Assembly: GCA_965198235.1 (NCBI GenBank)
Contig: OZ240248.1
Location: forward strand, 4,032,001 to 4,096,000
Direction of reading: 5' to 3'
Length of the DNA: 64,000 bases
Origin: Candidatus Poribacteria bacterium
GTDB lineage: Bacteria > Poribacteria > WGA-4E > WGA-3G
Shown: positions 40,119 to 49,679 of the stretch, piece after piece
Position numbering within the stretch: position 1 is the first letter of the stretch
Layout of the letters: the number at the start of each line of letters is the position of its first letter
Notes under the pieces: model-generated
Databases searched by the model: none
Told to the model about the DNA's origin: nothing
What the model saw: only the letters and a program-made list of their open reading frames with translations
Made by a program: the position numbers and the translations under genes

Positions 40119-41993
40119 CTACAACTGCGGTCTCATCTCAATGAGATGCGCGCCTTCTAACCCGACGCGGACATCTTCATCATAACTCGTCACAACCACC
40201 TGATGTTCTTCAGCGAGTTGACGGATAAAATCTACCATCAACGCCTTCCGTTCTTCATCTAAGTGGAGCGTTGGATCGTCGAATACAAAGAAGCCGGGGT
40301 TGCCTAATACCTTGGCGAGGGCAACTTTGAAACAGAGGTAGAGGAACATCTTTTCGCTACCACTGAGGAGCATCAAACTCCGATCGACACCATCAATCGT
40401 GAGCGAAGGGAGTAAGTGTTGACGTTGTAAGTCGACGCGAGTTTGTCCCCCGCTCCCGCGAGAAATAGAAAAGAGTTGCATCTTTTCGAGCCAGTGATGC
40501 AACTCCTCTTCAGCGGGTTTGAGGATCTGACGTTGGAGGGTTTCGATGGTTTTGTCAACCCCAGCGCACGCGAGTTCTAAACTCAGGAGCGTCTTTTCAA
40601 TCTTGGCTGCGTCTCTGTTAGTTCGCTGGAGCGCACCAAGCCTATCTAAACGGACAGCCTCTTGCTGCTTGAGTTGCTCCAGACGTTTCCGCTCCTGATC
40701 GATTTGGGCTTTCAACTTCGGTTTATCTAAATCTGTAGGTGTTTCAGAAGACAACTGCTCGTCTTTTTGGATTCCCCTCTCCGTTAATCGGGAAGTCAGA
40801 TTGCTGAGTTCGCTCTGAATTTCCTCAATTTCGCCGGAGTGTTGTTCAAACCGTGTTAAACGTCCCTGCAAAGTCTGGAGCCGTTGTTCAAGCTCACGCC
40901 GACTCTTTAAATTCTCGGTTTCTGTATCCAATGATTGCCTGTGGGTCTCTAATTCGGTGCAGCGTTGAGATTTTTCAGTTTCCTTTTCATCAATAATCTG
41001 TTGCACAACTTCACGCTCAACCTTCTGATAACAGGTTGGACAGTGCTGTTCATCGTTCTCAATTAGAGTGCGGAGGGTGTTACAGACATTTGTCAACGCC
41101 GCAATTTGCGACTCAAGGCTACCAATTTGCTGTATAAGTTTCTCCCGTTTTGTCTCTAATCCGGCGGCTCCCTGAATACTATTTTCGATTTTAGCCATCA
41201 TTTCTCGCAACTGATCGATGCCTTTGAATCCGCTCAATGCCTCGCGTTGCTCGTGTGTGAGCGTGTCCAAACGTTTTTGTAAACGATCCTGGTGCTGTAG
41301 CCATTCTGCGATTAACGCGGTATCCCCCGTTTCAGCACCGTAAGCGGCTTCCAAGCCCTTCAACTTTTCTTCAATTCGTGCGATTTCGGCTTGATCCACA
41401 TTTTGCGCATTGAACCGCAAACTATTTTGATGCGCACGAATTCTCCCCTGTTCACGTTTCGCGATGCGGCGTGTGTCAATGAACCGATCCCGTACTTCAA
41501 TTAGCCTGTCAATACCGAGAAGTGTATGGAGAATATCGCGCCGACTCGTGGATTGACGGGCAAGGAACTCAAAAATCTCGCCTTCGCGGAGGAACGTGGT
41601 AAGGGCAAGCTGCTCGTGCATAATGCCAAATCGCTCCTGTAACAATGTTTCCGTCACCCTAACACGTTTCTCATCAAAGACGATCTGCCACGCGCCGTTT
41701 CTTTCTGAGCGGAGTTGGATACGTTTCCCTGTCGCTCGATAGAGGAGGTAGCGTTCGCCATTCTCAACGAATTGAAGACCCGCCGTGCCGCTATAGGCTT
41801 TGGCATTTTTTATAGCGGAGGTATCCACGCGTGGGACAATCGGTTTTCCGGTTAATGTAAAAAAGATCGCATTGACGAGCGTGCTTTTCCCACTGAAATT
41901 GGGACCGAAAATGAGATTGACACCGTTGTGAAGCTCAAAATCTCGCTGTTGGAAACAGCCGAAAGCCTTAAGGCGGATCCGCTCTAACTGCAT
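40119..41993 (-). CDS. Rad50/SbcC-like SMC ATPase
   Basis: GPNFSGKST, coiled coils, central CPTC zinc hook, LSGSE signature, FDDPTLHLD. Confidence 0.88.
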   Translation of the reverse strand: MQLERIRLKAFGCFQQRDFELHNGVNLIFGPNFSGKSTLVNAIFFTLTGKPIVPRVDTSAIKNAKAYSGTAGLQFVENGERYLLYRATGKRIQLRSERNGAWQIVFDEKRVRVTETLLQERFGIMHEQLALTTFLREGEIFEFLARQSTSRRDILHTLLGIDRLIEVRDRFIDTRRIAKREQGRIRAHQNSLRFNAQNVDQAEIARIEEKLKGLEAAYGAETGDTALIAEWLQHQDRLQKRLDTLTHEQREALSGFKGIDQLREMMAKIENSIQGAAGLETKREKLIQQIGSLESQIAALTNVCNTLRTLIENDEQHCPTCYQKVEREVVQQIIDEKETEKSQRCTELETHRQSLDTETENLKSRRELEQRLQTLQGRLTRFEQHSGEIEEIQSELSNLTSRLTERGIQKDEQLSSETPTDLDKPKLKAQIDQERKRLEQLKQQEAVRLDRLGALQRTNRDAAKIEKTLLSLELACAGVDKTIETLQRQILKPAEEELHHWLEKMQLFSISRGSGGQTRVDLQRQHLLPSLTIDGVDRSLMLLSGSEKMFLYLCFKVALAKVLGNPGFFVFDDPTLHLDEERKALMVDFIRQLAEEHQVVVTSYDEDVRVGLEGAHLIEMRPQL

Positions 41994-41994
41994 A

Positions 41995-42201
41995 TCAGTC
42001 GTCTCTCTTTTGGTGAATAAGGTCGTAAAGCATTTGGGCTCGAACTTTTTCACGCCCGTTCGTCAACGTCAGTTCAAATGCGCGCACAATCGCTTCAAGT
42101 TCAGCGGGACCGAGGGTTTTATACTTCTCTTCCTGCTGAATCAGTGCCTCAATTTCTTTTCTGTAAATATGTTGCGTCTCGTTTTCAAGGGAGATGTCCA
42201 T
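41995..42201 (-). CDS. Small hypothetical protein
   Basis: 68-aa ORF tightly packed between the aminotransferase and the SMC gene. Confidence 0.55.
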   Translation of the reverse strand: MDISLENETQHIYRKEIEALIQQEEKYKTLGPAELEAIVRAFELTLTNGREKVRAQMLYDLIHQKRDD

Positions 42202-42224
42202 AGTAGTGTCTTTCAGGAGCAGAT

Positions 42225-43421
42225 TCAAATTTTCGCTTTAATCCCCATTAGGCGTTCGACGGCTTCGGCGAGGATGTCGTCCGCCATACTAAACATGAAC
42301 CGAAATTTCGTCCTACCGAGGTGTGGACGACTGTAGAAACTCGATCCCGGCACACCGCCTACCCCGATTTCCTTCACCAACCAGTGGGCAAAGGCTGTAT
42401 CATCAGGAAACCCAAAATCGGTGATGTCGGTCATGATGTAATACGCGCCCTCCGGCTCATGACAGTGGAACCCGGCTTTCGTGAGGTTATCAACGAGATA
42501 TTTACGATTCTTGTCATATTTCGCGACCAAGGTTGCATGGTAACTCGGCGGCAAATTGAGCGCAACGACTCCAGCACGCTGCAGTGGATGCGGTGCACCG
42601 ACTGTCAGGAAGTCATGCATTTTGCGGATGGCATCGGTCAAAGTCTCCGGTGCGATGACATAACCTAATCGCCAGCCCGTCATAGAATATGCCTTGCTCA
42701 ATCCCGACACGGTGATCGTCCGATCCCGCATTTGCGGCAGTGAACCGATACTGAGATGGGATTTATCATCATAGATCATGTGCTCGTATATTTCATCGGT
42801 GATAGCGAGGCAGTCGTATTCACAGCAAAGGTTAGCAATCTCTTGAAGCTCGTCTTGGGTAAAAACCTTGCCGAGTGGGTTATTCGGGGTGTTTATGACG
42901 ATCGCTTTTGTGTTGGCAGAGAAGGCATCTCGGAGTTCGGTTGCGTCGTAGGTAAAACGGATAGGGTTTCCGTCAGATGCGGGTGTCTCCTGCAATGCCA
43001 CATAGACGGGTTTTGCACCAGAAATGATGGTATCCGGTCCGTAGTTCTCATAAAAGGGTTCAAAAATAATAATCTCGTCGTCGGGATTGATGATTGCGAG
43101 AAGCGAGGAGAGCATGCCTTCGGTTGAGCCGCAGGTGACAGTCACGTTTCTGTCAGGATCGGTAGGAATGCAGTTGAACGTCGTCATTTTATGAGCGATT
43201 GCTTCACGAAACGCCGGTGCTCCCCAAGTGATGCTGTACTGATTATATCCTTCTTGAATTGCTTCAATCGCTGCGGTTTTGACTTCGGGAGGGGGTTGAT
43301 ATGCTGGTGTGCCTTGGGAGAGATTGATTGCATCATAGCGCAGGCAGAGCTGCGTCATGCCGCGGATGACGGATTCGGTGAAACGGGTGGATTTGTCTGA
43401 AAGTTTAGATTGAACGGAAAT
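42225..43421 (-). CDS. Class I PLP-dependent aminotransferase (start uncertain)
   Basis: FTESVIRGMT, INLSQG, NTPNNPLG, DEIYEH, SKAYSMTGWRLG; first in-frame ATG is at 43358. Confidence 0.88.
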   Translation of the reverse strand: MSVQSKLSDKSTRFTESVIRGMTQLCLRYDAINLSQGTPAYQPPPEVKTAAIEAIQEGYNQYSITWGAPAFREAIAHKMTTFNCIPTDPDRNVTVTCGSTEGMLSSLLAIINPDDEIIIFEPFYENYGPDTIISGAKPVYVALQETPASDGNPIRFTYDATELRDAFSANTKAIVINTPNNPLGKVFTQDELQEIANLCCEYDCLAITDEIYEHMIYDDKSHLSIGSLPQMRDRTITVSGLSKAYSMTGWRLGYVIAPETLTDAIRKMHDFLTVGAPHPLQRAGVVALNLPPSYHATLVAKYDKNRKYLVDNLTKAGFHCHEPEGAYYIMTDITDFGFPDDTAFAHWLVKEIGVGGVPGSSFYSRPHLGRTKFRFMFSMADDILAEAVERLMGIKAKI

Positions 43422-43605
43422 TTTGGATACCTCTTTTTAATTTTACCTTGCGGTTAAACGACATGGTTTGGGGATCGATCGTTCTCCGCTCAAGAGCCTC
43501 CCTCCACTTCGTTACGGGCTAAGTTTTTGGTGGAACGGATTTGATTTTTTTTCATCAGCAACGGCACACGTCTCACCTTCATCAATATTAATGCACTATT
43601 AACAC

Positions 43606-44156
43606 CTATTCTTCGGTTTTATAACTCAAAATGATACCGTCATCTAAAGGAATGTCAACAGAGTGTAGTAGTGGGGTGCTAAAGACGAATTCGACATAGT
43701 CGGGCATTTCATCGCGCATTGTTACGGTGTCATCAGCGACAATCAGACCCCCAGGACGGATGTTAGGCAACGCCAATTCGAGATAACGTCGATACTCATT
43801 TTTCTCCGCATCAAGGAATACAAGATCAAAGGTAGCATCGCATTTCGGTATTTCGTCAAGTGCGTTCCCGATGCGGACATCAACAATGCTGTCTAACCCG
43901 ACTTCCTGAAGATGTGCCTGTGCTTCTTCTGCTCGTTTCCGATCAAACTCAAGGGTAATGAGCCTACCCCCTGTCTCCTTCAACGCGGCAGCGAGCCAGA
44001 TTGTGGAGTAGCCGTTGCTTGTCCCGACTTCGAGCACATTTCGCGCCTGAATGGAACGGATGAGGATGGAGAGCAATTGTCCATTTTCCGGCGCGATATT
44101 GGTATACTCTTTTGCTGTCTTCTCGAGGCGTTTTAAGACGGATTCGTAATTTCCAT
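43606..44156 (-). CDS. O-methyltransferase (CCoAOMT/TrmR-like); 1-bp frameshift just after the ATG at 44156
   Basis: VLEVGTSNGYS, FDLVFLDA, RPGGLIVADD; upstream in-frame NIAPENGQLL is family-like. Confidence 0.82.
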
Positions 44157-44182
44157 AGTGTCCGGTGTCTCGCGGGCTTTCA

Positions 44183-44215
44183 GAAAAGAAAGAGGCGACA
44201 AAAATTGCCGCCTCG
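44183..44215 (-). terminator. Putative intrinsic terminator after the LamG gene
   Basis: Minus strand GAGGCGGCAA-TTT-TTGTCGCCTC followed by TTTCTTTTC. Confidence 0.55.
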
Positions 44216-44221
44216 TTTCAG

Positions 44222-45004
44222 TTAGCGAAGTTTCTTAATTTTGCCCCAAGACGTGGCGAGTTTATCTTTTGGATTCACAGCCAAAAACTCATCAGCCCCC
44301 ATCTCCATACTCTGTTCCATCTCGTCATCAGAGAGTACGCGATTCCAGAGCCGGACCTCGTCAACCATACCGGGCCACGCTTCACCAGCCCATGTGCCGA
44401 TCTGAACTCGGCTCGTAGCACCTGCAGGTGCGACAGGATTGTTAGAATCCTGCTCGTGCGTGACTTTGCCGTCCACGTAAATCTTGACTTTGCCTTTGTT
44501 GTCGCTCGTATGGGTATAGGACAGATAATACCATTTACCGGTATCAAGAGGGGTCTTGTTATCGTTGATGTCCAAGAATCCGCCACCGGCACCATTCGTC
44601 CAGACTTTGATGCCGTTTCCGGGGTTCATCCCATAGCCGAATCCGATGTGTCTTCCACCGCCACCCATGCGTGTGCCAAAAACGATAGCGTGTGCACTCG
44701 GCAGTCGGTCGAGATTAATCCATGCGGCTTGTGTGATTTCGTCTTCGATGTGGAAAGCCCCGTCGTCCTCAACAGCGACGAAATCGCTGGACGCACTGAA
44801 TTTAAGAGCCTTTCCGAATTTACCATCAACCCACTTGGCACCACCATTGAGTTCACCTTTAAAACCGTTTTCTGAAAAGCCCTCAACCTTATTGCCGGCA
44901 CCCTCATCAAGCGGCATGTACAGGACAAGCCCTTCCAGCAAATCGGCAGCGGCAAACGTGCTGCAAACCAGGGCGAGAATTAAAACAATAAACAGTTGTT
45001 TCAC
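44222..45004 (-). CDS. Secreted LamG-like jellyroll protein
   Basis: Signal peptide, LVLYMPLDEG, WVDGKFGKALKF, GMVDEVRLWNRVLS, C-terminal AVNPKDKLATSWGKIK. Confidence 0.88.
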   Translation of the reverse strand: MKQLFIVLILALVCSTFAAADLLEGLVLYMPLDEGAGNKVEGFSENGFKGELNGGAKWVDGKFGKALKFSASSDFVAVEDDGAFHIEDEITQAAWINLDRLPSAHAIVFGTRMGGGGRHIGFGYGMNPGNGIKVWTNGAGGGFLDINDNKTPLDTGKWYYLSYTHTSDNKGKVKIYVDGKVTHEQDSNNPVAPAGATSRVQIGTWAGEAWPGMVDEVRLWNRVLSDDEMEQSMEMGADEFLAVNPKDKLATSWGKIKKLR

Positions 45005-45279
45005 GAGTTACCTCCATCAAATTCTTCAGGCTGGGAACTCCATGCTTCAGTATGGAGGGGAAAGCCTGTTCCTTTAATCAATTATTTTTTTGTAAATTGT
45101 GGTGTACATAAATGCACACCACAATCACAACGTGAGTTTGTAGGGTCCCGCCTTGGCTGACGATATGCTACAATCTCCAGTCTTTAGACTGGAGATACTG
45201 AAAATAGATAGTTATACGTATAATAATACCACAAAATGTAGCACCTGTCAAGGATGTTCCCATTATGAAGTAAACAGGT

Positions 45280-46116
45280 TTACTGGAATAACTGCCAACT
45301 TCTGCCGGGCAGGTCGGCGCGGAACACTTCTACATTCCCCCTGTCTGCCATCGTGACGTAACAGGTGTGTCCGTCTAGACCGCCGAAAGCGATATTTGAG
45401 CAGAGCTTACCCGTTAACGGCACTTCCAACAAAACCTCACCTGCGGGTGAGAGTTTCGCGACTGTGCCTTTGCCGTGCCGAGTGACGTAGAGATTGCCTT
45501 CAATATCGCACCGCATTCCGTCCATGTTGAAATCCGGGAACTGAATCAGGAGGCGTTTGTTGCTCACCTCCCCTTCAGGGGACAAGTCATAACCCCAGAT
45601 ATTACGTTGTACGGATTCGTTGACATAAAGCACCTTTTCATCGGGACTCACTTCGATACCATTTGTAGTGCCCATGTCTGCTTCCAGTAAGGTCATCTCT
45701 CCATCTGTATTCACTCTCCAGATTTGTCCGGTTGACGCGCCCCAATTCGGATCGCTCGCGTAGAGAATATCGTTCGCGCCAATAGCAAGATCGTTCGGCT
45801 GATTCATTGTCGGTTCATGGGCATGAACAGTGATGTTCCGTGTGTCCATATCCACCTTGAGAACATTGTGGTTCGTGTAGTCAGCGATGAACATAAAACC
45901 TTCGCTGTTGAAACGGATGCCATTGCCGATGCTACCGGTTGGAAGTTCGACAAAAACGCTGGCTATGCCATCGGGTGTCACCTTGCCGATAGTGTGTTGC
46001 CGCTCGTAGTTAACAGCGTATAGATTGCCTGCTGCGTCACAGGCGGGTCCCTCAATTCCTGATGTAAATCCGTTAGCAGGTGTAAATTCTTGACTGACAA
46101 AAAGCGCCTCGTTCAT
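45280..46116 (-). CDS. SMP-30/gluconolactonase family protein
   Basis: IEGPA, NQPNDL, TNGIEVSPD, DGMRCD..GNLY, SNIAFGG. Confidence 0.9.
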   Translation of the reverse strand: MNEALFVSQEFTPANGFTSGIEGPACDAAGNLYAVNYERQHTIGKVTPDGIASVFVELPTGSIGNGIRFNSEGFMFIADYTNHNVLKVDMDTRNITVHAHEPTMNQPNDLAIGANDILYASDPNWGASTGQIWRVNTDGEMTLLEADMGTTNGIEVSPDEKVLYVNESVQRNIWGYDLSPEGEVSNKRLLIQFPDFNMDGMRCDIEGNLYVTRHGKGTVAKLSPAGEVLLEVPLTGKLCSNIAFGGLDGHTCYVTMADRGNVEVFRADLPGRSWQLFQ

Positions 46117-46133
46117 TTTTTGATTCCTCGAAT

Positions 46134-47315
46134 TCAGTTTGCGGTGCAGAGCACAAACACACCGGTATAGGCATGCGCGAAGTTACGTCCACCGATCGGT
46201 GCGAACTCTGAATTCCCAAAAAATCCGATAACAGGAAGTCCCGGAAATTTCTCTTGGATAACACTAATGTCGTGATTTGCCGCGCCATATAGTCCTTTAC
46301 CACGACCTAAGCAGTTAAAATAGAGTCCGAATGCGGGTGGATGTTGCCGTGTTTTCTCAGCTAATTGTGTGATAATCGCCTGAATTTCTTCTGCGGCGGC
46401 GTTTGGATTTCGCAGATGGAACTGCACCAATTGTCCTTCCGTTACCTCCTCAGATACAGCCAGTGCAGCATGCTGCTCATTGATACCGACAAGATTACGA
46501 ATCAGAAAATCACCCCGGATCGGATTTTTGTTTTCAGGATCCATTGCGATTCCGACAAAAACCGTGCCGCCTGACCGCCGAATATCGTCTTGGGTTAGCA
46601 GTTGCAACGTCCCTTTAAAGTTTTCCAATGCGGGTTCACCATCCAATTCAAAAATAACGCGCCCCTCCGCTCTCGTGATCTTGCGCGGTTTACCGATGGG
46701 TTGACATCCTTGTGCAACGCCGATCTCCGTATTGAAATCACCAGTTAAGAGGATACCCGTCAATCCTCCTTCTGTTGCCTCTTCTCCTTGCCAATGATAC
46801 ATCTGTGCCCCTGTTGCATCGCCAGAAACAGCGGCACCCACGACAGGCAGCGCGGTCCCATCGCTACCAATATGTTCCACGAGTTCTGCTGGGTTCACCG
46901 CTCGAACATCCGGGAAGATTACGAGAAGTGAGTCATCACCGAGTTCAGACTGAATGTCTTTTTGTATCTGCTCGCTCACTTCAGATGCCGTGCCTCGCGC
47001 ACTGAACGATACCGCCGAAAGTTGCTCACTACGGATAACCATTACTGCGAGAGCCGGTTCTTCCTCAAACTCTCCTGCTGAAGTCAGGACGCTCATCCCA
47101 CTACACCCGATGAGTTCATCACAATTGGAGTTAGATTGAACCGCTTGGTACAAGTCCTCATATTCTGTCTGATAGTTGATGGTTGCGAATACGATGGCGA
47201 GATCGGCTTTAGCGATACCTGCGTTCCCCATTGCCATCAGCGTTGCGCGCTCCGCTGCTTCCACAGTTGAGAGGCTTTGGGAATGTCCCACACCTACATG
47301 AATCATCTTTCTCAC
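46134..47315 (-). CDS. FIST-domain sensory protein
   Basis: IGCSG, VAQGCQPIG, ELDGEPAL, FLIRNLVG, FNCLGRG, GFFGNSEFAP. Confidence 0.88.
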   Translation of the reverse strand: MRKMIHVGVGHSQSLSTVEAAERATLMAMGNAGIAKADLAIVFATINYQTEYEDLYQAVQSNSNCDELIGCSGMSVLTSAGEFEEEPALAVMVIRSEQLSAVSFSARGTASEVSEQIQKDIQSELGDDSLLVIFPDVRAVNPAELVEHIGSDGTALPVVGAAVSGDATGAQMYHWQGEEATEGGLTGILLTGDFNTEIGVAQGCQPIGKPRKITRAEGRVIFELDGEPALENFKGTLQLLTQDDIRRSGGTVFVGIAMDPENKNPIRGDFLIRNLVGINEQHAALAVSEEVTEGQLVQFHLRNPNAAAEEIQAIITQLAEKTRQHPPAFGLYFNCLGRGKGLYGAANHDISVIQEKFPGLPVIGFFGNSEFAPIGGRNFAHAYTGVFVLCTAN

Positions 47316-47584
47316 CTACCTTTTTGCGATAATAATACAGTATCCACGAGAAAAGGTCAACAATTACTCCCCGAAAAAACAGTGCCTGAAAACAGAGATA
47401 TATGGTATACTCATTATATAGCATACCATAGTAGAGTACGCTGAAGTATTTGGTTCTCATTTATATTCAGCAGTCTGCTGTTCAGAATGAAGCGTCCTGA
47501 CTCGTCGCCCGTCCTACCGGAGAACCGAATAATTCTGTGATACCACATTGAGTCAAGAGAAGCGTAAATTGGAGGAACAGGGAT

Positions 47585-48418
47585 TTGTCAGCCGAACTCC
47601 TTAATGGCAATCGTCTTGCGAAGCGCGTCCGGAACCAGATCCGGCGAAAAATAAAAAAACTCACATTCACACCAGGCCTCGCTGTTGTTCAAGTAGGCGA
47701 TGATCCTGCATCAACGCTCTATATCAAACACAAACAACGTGATTGTGAAAAGGTGCATTTCCACTCCGAAGTCCATCGCTTACCAGCAGATATTAACCAA
47801 GACACCCTGATTGAGCACGTTGAAGCCTTAAATGAGCGAACGGATATCCATGGCATACTGGTGCAAATGCCGCTACCAGAGGACATAGATAAAGAGGCAG
47901 TCATTGACAAAATTACCCCACATAAAGATGCAGACGGGCTGAATCCAGTCAATTTAGGGAATCTCCTCATCAACCGCGAGGGTGTGACACCTTGTACGCC
48001 GACAGGAATTATCCGCCTGATTGAACTGACAGGTGAACAGATTGAGGGCACACATGCCGTCTGTATCGGTAGAAGTCCGCTGGTCGGCAAATCTGTTGGG
48101 ATGATGCTCCTGAATCGAAATGCTACCGTTACTTATTGCCATTCCCGTACGGTAGACTTGACGGTGGAGGCACAGAAAGCAGATATCCTCGTCGCCGCTG
48201 TCGGTAAGCCGGAGTTTGTAACTGCGGACATGGTGAAGTCCGGTGCTATCGTCATTGATGTCGGTATTAACTATGTCAATGGACATGCTGTCGGGGATGT
48301 TAAATTTGAGGAAGTTAAAGAGGTAGCTGGATTTATTACCCCTGTCCCGGGCGGTGTTGGTCCTATGACACGTGCAATGTTATTAGAAAATACTTTGAAA
48401 TTAGCGATTGGAGGCTAA
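47585..48418 (+). CDS. folD: Methylenetetrahydrofolate dehydrogenase/cyclohydrolase
   Basis: PGLAVVQVGDDPAS, GILVQMPLP, KDADG, PCTP, DVGIN, TPVPGGVGPMT. Confidence 0.96.
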   Translation: MSAELLNGNRLAKRVRNQIRRKIKKLTFTPGLAVVQVGDDPASTLYIKHKQRDCEKVHFHSEVHRLPADINQDTLIEHVEALNERTDIHGILVQMPLPEDIDKEAVIDKITPHKDADGLNPVNLGNLLINREGVTPCTPTGIIRLIELTGEQIEGTHAVCIGRSPLVGKSVGMMLLNRNATVTYCHSRTVDLTVEAQKADILVAAVGKPEFVTADMVKSGAIVIDVGINYVNGHAVGDVKFEEVKEVAGFITPVPGGVGPMTRAMLLENTLKLAIGG

Positions 48419-48421
48419 AAT

Positions 48422-49186
48422 ATGGCGTTTCCAGGATTTGAATTGAAAGATAAGGTAATGTTAATCACAGGTTCCGGCAAAGGCATCGGCAGGGGGATTG
48501 CGCTCGCCGCCGCACAGATGGGTGCGAGAGTCATCTTGAACAGCCGTACCCCGTCTGATCTTGAGGAGGTTGCGAGCGAGATCCGTGCGAACGGAGGTGA
48601 AGCGGAGTCGGTTGTGTTTGACGTTAGCGATATGGCGCAGGTTGCGATAGGGGCTCAAGCGGCACTTGATGTATGGGGTAGAGTAGATATCCTCGTCAAC
48701 AACGCAGGTACGAACCGTCCGAAACCCGCGCTTGAGTTAACCGAGGAGGATTGGGATGCGATCTATGATCTCAATCTTAAAGGACTGTTCTTCCTAACGC
48801 AGGCACTCGTGAAACCGATGATAGAGCGGGAAAACGGGAAGATTATCAATATTTCTTCGACGATGGGCTTGGTAGGCGGTCCATTGCGCACTGCCTATTC
48901 CGGGAGCAAAGGCGGGGTCGTTCTGTTAACCAAAGGGCTCGCTGTTGAATGGGCCCCTCATAACGTCACAGTGAACGCTGTCGCACCGGCGTTTACTCGG
49001 ACCCCGCTCGCCGATGTTCTTTTACAACGCAAGGAATTTTATGAAGACGTTGTCCGCCGTATCCCCATGGGACGTGTCGGTGAAGTGGACGAGGTTGTCG
49101 GCGCGGTACTGTTCTTAGCATCCGATGCGGCAAACTGGGTGACTGGGCAAACAATCGCCGTTGATGGTGGCTGGGTTGCTTGGTAG
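48422..49186 (+). CDS. Short-chain dehydrogenase (gluconate 5-dehydrogenase/KduD-like)
   Basis: TGSGKGIG, NNAG, YSGSK, RIPMGRVG, VDGGW. Confidence 0.88.
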   Translation: MAFPGFELKDKVMLITGSGKGIGRGIALAAAQMGARVILNSRTPSDLEEVASEIRANGGEAESVVFDVSDMAQVAIGAQAALDVWGRVDILVNNAGTNRPKPALELTEEDWDAIYDLNLKGLFFLTQALVKPMIERENGKIINISSTMGLVGGPLRTAYSGSKGGVVLLTKGLAVEWAPHNVTVNAVAPAFTRTPLADVLLQRKEFYEDVVRRIPMGRVGEVDEVVGAVLFLASDAANWVTGQTIAVDGGWVAW

Positions 49187-49208
49187 TTTTCACAGTTCTC
49201 AAAATTGC

Positions 49209-49237
49209 AGGCGCGGTTCGAGCCGCGCCTATTTTCT
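49209..49237 (+). terminator. Putative intrinsic terminator
   Basis: AGGCGCGG-TTCGAG-CCGCGCCT followed by ATTTTCT. Confidence 0.6.
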
Positions 49238-49636
49238 GTACAACACACCCGAAAACACACTATCAGAAAAAAGGACGTGCGTATGGGACTCCGTAAAGAT
49301 TCAAAATTGTGCTATCACAGTGGTTCTACTGCTACCTAAACCCAGAGCCTCATGTAATCCTTTTGTGTAATGGAACATTTTGCAAGAAACAGCATGCAAA
49401 AAACGACTCCATTACACAATTTTTTTGATACCATATACTACAATTTTTGCGTTATATACCACAATTTTCGCACATCCACAGTGGGAAGCAGACTTCGATC
49501 GCTCTCACAGGCGATATTTTTTGAAAAACGAATGCTTTCATGAAGTCAGTGAGCATCTGTATTTTCGGAGAATGCTCATGAAAAACCGCTGAAATTTAAG
49601 CAATTTCGATAGAAATTGTTGGCTCTTTTAAAGGAA

Positions 49637-49679
49637 CTGGCACGAAACTTGCCTAAAATCGCAGCATGCTGCGATTTTA
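49637..49679 (+). promoter_or_regulatory. Sigma-54 (-24/-12) promoter followed by a perfect 26-bp palindrome
   Basis: CTGGCACGAAACTTGC matches TGGCACG-N4-TTGC; then TAAAATCGCAGCA|TGCTGCGATTTTA. Confidence 0.7.

Noticed and set aside
44165-44875. 236-aa plus-strand ORF
   Set aside because: Antisense to the well-supported LamG gene
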